Both the position numbers and the translations under genes were made by a program. A DNA stretch of 64,000 nucleotides, taken from Balanoglossus misakiensis (taxonomy: Eukaryota > Animalia > Hemichordata). The notes beneath the pieces were generated by a model, which saw nothing but the letters and a program-made list of their open reading frames with translations, did not search any database and was not told where the DNA came from. Shown here piece by piece: positions 39,521 through 51,000 of the stretch. The stretch covers positions 2,658,699 to 2,722,698 of the forward strand of contig CM082581.2 of NCBI GenBank assembly GCA_040954595.2, written 5' to 3'. The first letter of the stretch is position 1, and every line of letters starts with the position of its first letter.

Positions 39521-42196
39521 GGATGCATACTCCAGACAGTGAGGGCGCTAAACATAAACATTCGGCACTGCAACCGCAGTTGAAGGATCAACAGAACGCT
39601 ACATTGTTCGGAATGTGAACGAAGGCACGATAGCAGCCATCACTTTGCTTCGTGAACATTACCTATTTCTATGTCCCGTTGAGGTAGTTTCCGTGAAATA
39701 ACATTCAGAAGAACACACACCAGACGACATATCTTAATACCTAACCATGGATGTATGCGAAGCATTCCAATGAAAGTGTCAAAAATAGAACTAAGATGGC
39801 TACTAATGTGTTGAAAACAAAAATTAAATATTATGCTAAGAAAAAAAGACATTTCCGGTAACCCGACGTACTTCAAACCCCTGACCACTAACTTTCTTTT
39901 CGCTGCTGTCAACTCAAAACGATATGTCGCTGGTTTCCGGATACATTTTTTTTTAGAATCAGCTCACAGTTTTTAACTCTATTATCAACTCAGGTCGAAT
40001 TGTGGACGATAAAGGGGACTTTCGATGACATCCTAACACAGTTTTCCAGGAATAAGACAACCAACTCGCGCGTGCTCACACGGCGCCTGCTACAACTCTC
40101 TCTTGATAACGCGACAAATGTTGCAAGTTGTGGCTGGCTGACTTCAGTGTGATGAGCGAATTTTGATTTCATTCCACAAAATAATGTGATTTTACATTAC
40201 TTTTTATCGGTCTTGGTCTATTCAAACATCATTTTTCGTGTATTTCTCGATCTTTGCCGTGAAGAGAAAAATGTAGTGGGCGTCTCTCGGCACACGTTCT
40301 AAAATTATCTTTTCTCACATGTGAAAATACTCTGTCTTAATCTTCGCTCTGAGAACAATACAGCAATAGCGCAGTGGCATACAGGCGTTGCATGTATGAT
40401 AAGCTCCTCTTTTCCAATCACAAACATGTTTCCGTGGTGTAATTTATCGCATACTCCTTTGATTTAGAATAATATGAACAAAAACAATCTAATTCGCCTA
40501 ACCTATTTCTGAACCGCGTGTAACATAAAAAAACGTTTGGCGTAAACGACCAGCCTCCACTACAAACAAAACATAAATTTCAATATAAAACGACTAAAGC
40601 CATAATTTCTACAAGTTGTTGTTGTTGTCACCCTTTCTCACTGTTCGTTCAAATTCTCTAAAATGTGAAACTCATGCTTCCATTTCTGTATTCATTTAAA
40701 TTTTGAAAGTAGTAGGTCTACTGGAAAATTTACCGGACAAAAAGTTGACATTCATCAAAAGTCGTTTTCGAACAAGCTTTGTTTTTGTAACTAAAACTAC
40801 AAAGTTATAGCTTTCGCGCAGTAAATCTGTCTTTGAATTGTTACTATTGAAGCCCACTTCATTATCATAAAGTTTCGATTATAAGTTTAGTGTGAAATAA
40901 GATATTTTTCGTTCTGCCTGCTGGTGTAGAATCTACAAAGTCGGACTTATAATCACAGGATACATCAAATTTCAACGTTTTACTGCCGTTTTTGTACATA
41001 GTCTGGTGGCACAGTTTTGACCCAACGAACACCGTGTTTATAAATTACAAACATTTTAACGATACATTTTGATACTTTTGTTTGATTAGCGGTTAAAAAT
41101 TTCTATGGACGGTATGTCTTCGACTTCCTTTATTTTGTGTGTTTTGTTCCAAAAAAACGTCAGTGTATGCGTATCGTGTTGCACAGGTGCCCGTATGGCG
41201 CCCGCTACGACGGCTCTGCGTAGTTTCATGAAATCTTGAAAAATGATATCGAATATTTCATCAAATATTCAGCGGGAAAAATAATACCTATCAAACTTTA
41301 CATTATACTATACATAACGATGGTAAAGATTTCTCAACACTAGTACAACGCCTCAACTTGCGTACGCATCTGCAAATGAAAAGTGACCAAAACACTGATT
41401 CTCGGTTAAAGTTTCAACACAATTAACGAGAATACTCTGCATGGTTCAGATCGAATACCTTATCATTCTAATAGGGTCCTGCTCACCTAATTGTGTATGC
41501 ATTTCGATTTTGAATTGTCATTGGCCCATCGTCAAGCTTGCAACATTTTTGGAAACTACACTTGGACACACCCACTCCCTTGCTCACTTTTACGTTCGAT
41601 CTCTTCTCTTATACCTGCCATTGGTTCGGACTTTGCAGGCTCAGAATCCACTGAATATTCATGAGCAGTATATAAACCCACCCTCGTGCTCTGGCGTGGG
41701 TCATTTTTAAGGAAACCTGCTAGGAGAAAAGTTTCTGTCCTGTGCGTCTCAGTGACGTATACTTGGAAAAAAGTGTCCGCCATCCAGAAGTACGTCTCAG
41801 TGACACGTACTGAAAAAGTGTCCGACACCCAGAAGTGCCTGTCGTCCACAAGGAATCATTAAATAAGCAAGTGAGTAAATTTTTTTCCTATTTTTATAGT
41901 AATACTAAAAGGAATGCCATGTCGCAGCATTTCATATTTTATTCAGGACAAGATTGCATGACAACCGTTTCACCAGTTTTGCCTGAATACGTTACCAGTC
42001 GGTATTATGATTTATTATCATAGACATATCAATGTGTACAAAAATCATTCGTCTAGCGTTCGACGCAATCATCATTAACACAATCACAGCTCTCAGGAGA
42101 AATTGTCTAACTTCGCTGCAACTGTCTACTGTTTTCATGAACTCATAAATACCATTATCCACTTGTTCGCAGGTTGCATCAGATCCCAGTCTGAAA

Positions 42197-45100
42197 ATGG
42201 CAACCAACAGTCAAGATCTAGCCATAAAAATAAAGGTTCTGGAAGAACCTGAAGAGCGTTACTCCGCAACTAGACCCTTCTACAACTTAACATCAATCGA
42301 CGACAACGGCCACTTCCACGAAATTAAAATCTGGAAAGACGGGTGCGTCGATAAATTCACAAAAGGCACATTTCTGGAACTACGGCGGTTCACTAATTGT
42401 CGAGACGGTGGGATTGGCGTCAACAAATATACCAAGGTGAACACTTGTCTTGACCCTTTAATCGTCAGTTCCCTCTATAAACCTCAAAACTCGACATCGC
42501 ATGATATTACAATTCCGATAGATCTCGTCTTTTCTCTCTACTAAACGGCAACGTCAAAAGATTGATGTTTACAAAAAAATGATCAAGTTTGGGGGTTGGG
42601 TTTTTGGGCCAAATTCATGTCTGCAGTCAAAAACGATTCGACTTTTTGGCAAAACGAAAGATTTCAAGACTGCTTTTTGTTGTGTTGCAATATAAATATT
42701 TTTGTCAATTAATAATGGTTTCCTGTTTTCACTCAATTTAATAGTACGCTGTCTGAAAGAATTAATGCAGGGTACGCTTCGAATGTTTTTCAATTTTCGG
42801 TCTGTTTAGTTAGAGTGGGGGGGGGTGGGTCTGAGACCAAACTTTTAAACAATTAAGTTACTTTTATTGAACTTTAGATCTTGCCCCTAATTTATTCAAA
42901 AACGAGATTTATTTCATAACCCATTCCCGAATTTTCACTTACATGTTGTAATCTTCAAATAATATCGCTTTACATTTTAATTGATTTTTTTTCCTTTTTG
43001 CCGTAGATTGCCCGTACTGGGAACAATGCATTCAAAGTTGAAAAAGAACAGGAGAAACTATCCAATGAACCAGAGGAGGTCCCACTAGCTGATTTACAGC
43101 ACTCGCCTCGAAAAAGGAGGGTCAGTGTTGTGGCTAGAATTGATAAGGTAATCACATATGCACACATTATGACAAAATATTTTGTTTACTCAGACAATAA
43201 ACGCCTACTTTCCTCCAATAGATTTCTATGCAAATTGACTGTTCTCCCCCTGATTCCTCACAGTGATGACTAATTTCTACAACATTGCAGGTTAAAATTC
43301 TTATCTTGATGATTTCTGATTGTCATCCAAAATTATACAGGCAGAAAATGCTTCGGTGAGAATAATTTAATTTCACATCAATAACTGTAAACTTACCATA
43401 CTAAACAACACCTTTTCTTACTCTTATTTCACCAATTGACTAGCATTACTTGTACCAGTCAAGACACATTTCCATTGCACAGTATCACCTTGCAATTTAC
43501 TTTCTTTACATTTAGGTTTCACACGAACAGCAAACAACAAATAAAACACGTAGAAGAGATATCGTTTTAACAGATGGTTTGAGGTCAATGCAAATGAACC
43601 TTTGGGGCAAACAGTGTGACCTGCAAGTCAGAGAAGGTGCAAAAGTGAAAATTGGACCTGTAATCGTAGACAAGTACAAGGATGTCAATCATGTCAATAG
43701 CACAGTCTCCACAAAAATAAAGGTCAGTATTCATCCACTGTCAAAATTCAGCCTCAGTATTTCTTGTTTCGACATATTTTTGTTTGAAATATCTGCAATT
43801 TCTAAAAGTAGATAATAATTGATAATGACTCTCACAGTTTTTATGACCAGCCCTGCTCACAAATGTATATACTTTTCAATATAACAATTGAAAATGACTT
43901 TCTGTCCGGACAGAAAGTCAGGCATTGTTGACACATGGAATCCAATCTAACCCCTGCTGTGCCTATACAACTAAATGTACACAGATTCAGCCATGCATAA
44001 CATTTATAGAACCCACACTGAAGAGGTTTGATTGTCCCAAATCTAGTAAATTTTTGAAGAAACTCGCAAAAATTCACATATGCACCATTTCTGTTGTAAA
44101 CAAACCTGTCGGTCATTTCAAATTTTACAGGCAATATTTAGGGTTTGCACATAGTTACAGCAGCACAAATCTTGCTAATATCTTTATTATCTAGTATTCC
44201 AAGATGAATGCGTAAAAAACAGGAAATTTTTGATGATGAAAAATTGTCAAAATGAGAAATACTGGGGCTTTAATGTGTTCTCTAACAGTCACTACACACT
44301 ATCAACACTACTATACAGATATTTCAGATTCATTAATATGTCTCATACTTATTTTCAGACTATAGAAGATGATGCTGAAATTCTTGAGGCAAATGGTACA
44401 CTTAAATGAATAGACACAGACGAGAAGTTAGTACATCTTCATTATCACTTCCACACATGTCAGTGTGGCGTTATCTTTGGCTAAACTACTGGACAAACGA
44501 CACCAAATTTAAATTCTTCATATTGGACAACGTCTGATGGTGATCTCATCTGCCAAAAATACTATTAATACACGATCATGCACTCTATTCTGACCAGTAG
44601 CATAACCTGGTTATGATTAAAAATTTCACTTTTACAACCAATTTGTATATTGTCAATTTCACATCCATTGAAAATACTTAAATCATAACATTTTAGTATT
44701 TGGCACAAACCAACTTGGCTTTCCTTGGGACATGTGAAGAAAATCATAGCTGTGTTGTCTTCCCCTTTCAAAAAGTTCATCCAAAAAATGCGTGAACTTT
44801 TTTTTCTCTTCCACAGATGTCTGGTCATAGATGGTGTGTACACGCCATACAAGGCAGATATCAGTTCCCTTGGCTCCGAAGAGGACATTATATCCAAACT
44901 GCCAGTGCAGATTGTATACAAGAGAGACAACGGAACAGTTGTACAATTGAGGTAAAACTACTTTTTAGGTCTGCTGTCGGTGACAACTGAGCTCATCACA
45001 TTGGTGGAATGTCTGTCATGGTGTACAGGTTTCTATGGATATTTTCAGTAACATGTATTCAGATTGTCCTGACATATGCAGGATTGGATTTTTGGAGCAA

Positions 45101-45528
45101 ATTTTGCCATTCTTTGTTTGTTAAAACTATCTGAAACCAATGGTCCAATTGCTTTGAAACTTTGTTTGCAAGCTTCCTAGAGATTTCCTTACTCGCTTAA
45201 AATTGCAGTGAACTTTGAATACTTCTCTCTTGAGGGCAATTCTTTCCGTTTTTTGACCAAATCATTTTCTCTGAATCCACTTATCAGATTTCTTTCAAGT
45301 TTGGTGTGTAGGATCTTGGAGATTGTATTAGTAAGATGTAACCAAATTGTCCTGAAATAAATATTTCAAGATCTCCAGACATCTTAAAGTAGCTTGACAA
45401 TGAATATCAGTCAGGTTGCAAACATTAGATTATTACCACAACCTGCATTTTATCACCCATTCTTACAATGTAATTATTTGCCTCTTATTTCCAGGTACAG
45501 AACCAAACCTAGCAAGGGCAGACGCTGA
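42197..45528 (+). pseudogene. Six-exon tandem OB-fold (RPA/HIN-200-like) nucleic-acid-binding gene of about 275 codons: exons 42197-42436, 43007-43147, 43516-43722, 44359-44426, 44817-44951, 45495-45528
   Basis: All junctions are GT-AG with consistent phases (0,0,0,2,2). OB-fold signatures VSVVARIDKV, RRDIVLTDGLRSMQMNLWG and EGAKVKI. One in-frame TGA at 44407-44409. A possible upstream non-coding exon has a donor at ~41871 and an acceptor at ~42172. Confidence 0.8.
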
Positions 45529-45699
45529 GCTTTCCCTACCATACATCACATTCTTTTACAATGACTCTGCAGGCGCATTGCTAGGATTTCAATGTTTTCA
45601 GCCACTATTAGAGTGGTGAATAGTTTCAGTTTTGTTACCCACACGAACTCGTTGGACATTAGAATTTAGGATAGTTTCTTCACAAATATTTTAGAAGTC

Positions 45700-46270
45700 T
45701 TTTTCATCAAACGTGCACATCAGACGACTTTGATATATTTGGTACTCAGACACAGGAATGACAGTAATAAGATTTTTTAAAAGTGTGCTTAAAATATGTA
45801 CATTTGTGTTTTGAGGCAGTTTGTTCATTAATTCATTTGAACTCTTCTCCAAAAAAATGCACATTGGACAGCTTTGATATTAGGTATTCAAAAGCCCAGA
45901 AATGACAGTGAATAGAGTTTTTTTCAGTGTGCTTAAAATATGCAAATTTGTGTTTTAAGGCTGTTTGCTCAGTTCTTTTGAAATCATCCTAAAATACTGC
46001 ACATCAGATGGCTTTGATATTAGGTATTCAGAAGCCTAGGGATAACAGTAAATAGATTGTTTTAAGTGTCCTTAAAAAGTAATAATTTGTGTTTTAAAGC
46101 AGTTTGTTCAGAAATTCTTTACAAATCTTCCTAAATACTGTACATGGGATGGCTTTGATATTTGGCATTCAGAAACCCAGGGATAACAGTAATCAGTTTG
46201 TTTTTATTAATGTGCTTAAAATATGCAAAGTTATGTTTTAAGGCATTTTTTTGTCAAGTTCACTTTTCTA
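45700..46270 (+). repeat. Diverged ~140-bp tandem repeats (about 4 copies) typical of Helentron internal core repeats
   Basis: GCACATCAGAYGRCTTTGATAT...GTATTCAGA...ACAGTAA...GTGCTTAAAATATG recurs at ~45715, 45859, 45999 and 46138. Confidence 0.7.
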
Positions 46271-48035
46271 TCAGAGTACTCCTAATAGCTTTAAAATTTA
46301 CTATGCACATTTTTCGGGATGTGAGATGAATCATTTGATCGAGGTGTAGGAAACCCACAAATTTGTATTTTGGGGGGAGACCATTTTCAGCAATATTTCT
46401 AATACGAGCTACACTTATATAGCTGGCATAAAATATGTGGTGTGTACGTCTTCCAGACCATTCTCATCCATAGTAAGTTCTAAGACAATTGTTGCTTTTT
46501 TTAAATTTGTTTACTTTGTTCCTGTTCTTGTGTCTGTTAAAATTAACGCAACTTCACACTTTGTATCCACACCAATGTGAGCTTTTACCTACCAGATATC
46601 TGATTCTGTTGCCAATGTAGGACACATTCATTTTCTTACCAGATGTTTGAATTATTACAACCACTAGTGTAGAACAGGGATGTTTTCTACATCTGTTTTG
46701 GTACACATACCAATGCAGGTTTATAGCACAATTCAGCATCGATATATTGCAAAAAAACTTGAGAACTGCTGAAGTTTCATTCAAATGAAGGTGACATTGC
46801 CCAAATTATACTAAGCTCAAATGTGGAAAATTGACTCCAGAACTGCTGTTCGGATTGCTTTGAAAATTGGTATGCAGTACCTTGAGTAGACCACCTGTTG
46901 TGAAGAGATCTTTAGTTTTCTATTTTTTGGTGTTTTATCCCTATTTGGGGAAATTGTTAGTTCTGATCAATAAAACTTCTCTAAAAGTATTTGTCTGCTG
47001 TGTCTGAAGTTTGGTGTTAAAGTCCCTATGGATGTTATGTGTTACGAAACCTCAAATTGGTGTTTTAGGAAATTTTCTCATTAAACTTGAATGACCTACA
47101 CTAACCCTGGGTATGATGCAAGACCATAATGAAAGCAGAGGACAATTTTTCTCACATTTCGTATCAATTTGTAGTGAAATTTTATCAAGAAAACAAATCT
47201 GACGTAAATTTTTCTTTGTTCAGGAACTGGTATAAGACTCCTTTTTTACTATTCCATGTTGGATATTGGATCTCATCCATAGCTCTACACATTTTATTTA
47301 AAATGCAAACGATACAAAGCTCAACCTGCAACCTCGAATATGTAAGAGCGCCCTCAACAGCAATGGTTAGCCGTCTGACTTCATCCTCTCTTCTATTAAC
47401 ACACGAGGGCACACCTGTTGCACCACAACCACCTCAATTTCCAGTACCCCTTGCCAAGTTAAGGGACCATGTCAAAGGATTCAGGTCTGATAAAAATCTT
47501 ACTTCTTGAAGTTTAGGGGGTGGGGGTTTTGACCCAAAAAAGTTTTCCATCAAACAAAATAGTTGAGTAAGTCGAGAATTCTTTACATTGCATATTCTTA
47601 TTCTATAAGCAGAAAAATCAATCAAGACCTGATGTAAACTCAGAATTGAACAGAAATGTTTTCATTCAAAAATTGTCGAAATATCAATATGTGTGATAAT
47701 GTACTTTTCTATCCTGGTTATGGTTTAAATATGGAGTTGTCACAATAATGAAATAATAAGATGCACTGATCAGTATTCAACAATTAGGTTACAAGGGGGA
47801 GTGCAGGGGTTTCAAGCTAAACTTATTTTTTGTTATTTGACATCGTCCCTAACCCCTTACAAAAATTGACAAGGCGACAATTCCACAAACATGTTTACAT
47901 TTCACAATGGTGCAACTCACAAGCCTTACACCATATACACTATAAACCAAAATGGTTTAACACTGGTTTTTCTAATCTTGTTATTCTGTCAACCAATCAC
48001 AGTACTGCACGTGAGCATATTCAGTTAATATCTGG

Positions 48036-51000
48036 TTTTGAGTGTTTGGTGGGGTCAACCTTTGCGTCAACATTAACCAGAGCACACTGTAACCAGGCCA
48101 GAGTGGACAGTATGCTGCCCATTAATTTTGAGTGTTTGGTGGGGTCAACCTTTGCGTCAACATTAACCAGAGCACACAGTAAACAGGCCAGAGTGGACAG
48201 TATGCTGCCCATTAATTTTGAGTGTTTGGTGGGGTCAACCTTTACGTCAACATTAACCAGGCCAGACAGAAACCAGGCCAGAGTGGACAGTATCCTGCCC
48301 ATTAATTTTGAGTGTTTGGTGGGGTCAACCTGTGCGTCAACATTAACCAGAGCACACAGTAACCAGGCCAGAGTGGACAGTATGCTGGCCATTAATTTTG
48401 AGTGTTTGGTGGGGTCAACCTTTGCGTCAACATTAACCAGAGCACACAGTAACCATGCCAGAGTGGACAGTATGCTGGCCATTAATTTTGAGTGTTTGGT
48501 GGGGTCAACCTTTGCGTCAACATTAACCAGGCCAGACAGTAACCAGGCCAGAGTGGACAGTATGCTGCCCATTAATTTTGAGTGTTTGGTGGGCTCAACC
48601 TTTGCGTCAACATTAACCAGAGCACACAGTAACCATGCCAGAGTGGACAGTATGCTGGCCATTAATTTTGAGTGTTTGGTGGGGTCAACCTTTGCGTCAA
48701 CATTAACCAGGCCAGACAGTAACCAGGCCAGAGTGGACAGTATGCTGGCCATTAATTTTGAGTGTTTGGTGGGCTCAACCTTTGCGTCAACATTAACCAG
48801 AGCACACAGTAACCATGCCAGAGTGGACAGTATGCTGGCCATTAATTTTGAGTGTTTGGTGGGCTCAACCTTTGCGTCAACATTAACCAGAGCACACAGT
48901 AACCATGCCAGAGTGGACAGTATGCTGGCCATTAATTTTGAGTGTTTGGTGGGCTCAACCTTTGCGTCAACATTAACCAGAGCACACAGTAACCATGCCA
49001 GAGTGGACAGTATGCTGGCCATTAATTTTGAGTGTTTGGTGGGGTCAACCTTTGCGTCAACATTAACCAGAGCACACAGTAACCAGGCCAAAGTGGACAG
49101 TATGCTGCCCATTAATTTTGAGTGTTTGGTGGGCTCAACCTTTTCGTCAACATTAACCAGAGCACACAGTAACCAGGCCAGAGTGGACAGTATGCTGCCC
49201 ATTAATTTTGAGTGTTTGGTGGGGTCAACCTTTGCGTCAACATTAACCAGAGCACACAGTAACCAGGCCAGAGTGGACAGTATGCTGCCCATTTATTTTG
49301 AGTGTTTGGTGGGCTCAACCTTTGCGTCAACATTAACCAGAGCACACAGTAACCAGACCAGAGTGGACAGTATGCTGGCCATTAATTTTGAGTGTTTGGT
49401 GGGGTCAACCTTTGCGTCAACATTAACCAGAGCACACAGTAACCAGACCAGAGTGGACAGTATCCTGCCCATTAATTTTGAGTGTATGGTGGGGTCAACC
49501 TTTGCGTCAACATTAACCAGAGCACACAGTAACCAGGCCAGAGTGGACAGTATGCTGGCCATTAATTTTGAGTGTTTGGTGGGGTCAACCTTTGCGTCAA
49601 CATTAACCAGAGCACACAGTAACCAGGCCAGAGTGGACAGTATGCTGCCCATTTATTTTGAGTGTTTGGTGGGCTCAACCTTTGCGTCAACATTAACCAG
49701 AGCACACAGTAACCAGACCAGAGTGGACAGTATGCTGGCCATTAATTTTGAGTGTTTGGTGGGGTCAACCTTTGCGTCAACATTAACCAGAGCACACAGT
49801 AACCAGACCAGAGTGGACAGTATGCTGGCCATTAATTTTGAGTGTTTGGTGGGCTCAACCTTTGCGTCAACATTAACCAGAGCACACAGTAACCAGACCA
49901 GAGTGGACAGTATGCTGGCCATTAATTTTGAGTGTTTGGTGGGCTCAACCTTTTCGTCAACATTAACCAGAGCACACAGTAACCAGACCAGAGTGGACAG
50001 TATGCTGGCCATTAATTTTGAGTGTTTGGTGGGCTCAACCTTTGCGTCAACATTAACCAGAGCACACAGTAACCAGACCAGAGTGGACAGTATGCTGGCC
50101 ATTAATTTTGAGTGTTTGGTGGGGTCAACCTTTGCGTCAACATTAACCAGAGCACACAGTAACCAGACCAGAGTGGACAGTATGCTGGCCATTAATTTTG
50201 AGTGTTTGGTGGGCTCAACCTTTGCGTCAACATTAACCAGAGCACACAGTAACCAGACCAGAGTGGACAGTATGCTGGCCATTAATTTTGAGTGTTTGGT
50301 GGGCTCAACCTTTTCGTCAACATTAACCAGAGCACACAGTAACCAGACCAGAGTGGACAGTATGCTGGCCATTAATTTTGAGTGTTTGGTGGGGTCAACC
50401 TTTGCGTCAACATTAACCAGAGCACACAGTAACCAGGCCAGAGTGGACAGTATGCTGCCCATTAATTTTGAGTGTTTGGTGGGGTCAACCTTTGCGTCAA
50501 CATTAACCAGAGCACACAGTAAACAGGCCAGAGTGGACAGTATGCTGCCCATTAATTTTGAGTGTTTGGTGGGGTCAACCTTTACGTCAACATTAACCAG
50601 GCCAGACAGAAACCAGGCCAGAGTGGACAGTATCCTGCCCATTAATTTTGAGTGTTTGGTGGGGTCAACCTGTGCGTCAACATTAACCAGAGCACACAGT
50701 AACCAGGCCAGAGTGGACAGTATGCTGGCCATTAATTTTGAGTGTTTGGTGGGGTCAACCTTTGCGTCAACATTAACCAGAGCACACAGTAACCATGCCA
50801 GAGTGGACAGTATGCTGGCCATTAATTTTGAGTGTTTGGTGGGGTCAACCTTTGCGTCAACATTAACCAGGCCAGACAGTAACCAGGCCAGAGTGGACAG
50901 TATGCTGCCCATTAATTTTGAGTGTTTGGTGGGCTCAACCTTTGCGTCAACATTAACCAGAGCACACAGTAACCATGCCAGAGTGGACAGTATGCTGGCC

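Larger units (their letters stand above)
20881..48037 (+). mobile_element. Large defective Helentron (endonuclease-encoding Helitron), about 27 kb, possibly chimeric
   Basis: 5' end: T-run, hairpin AGCTCACATGA-AAA-TCACGTGAGCT (20884-20908) and a (TG)n/(TCTG)n tract. 3' end: matching sub-terminal inverted repeat CACGTGAGC (48008-48016), short CAG..CTG stem and T-run. Internal Rep/helicase/endonuclease ORF. Confidence 0.72.

Noticed and set aside
39520-41700. CpG-richer unique stretch between the endonuclease break and the OB gene as a separate gene or element
   Set aside because: No convincing ORF, splice chain or termini could be seen by eye.
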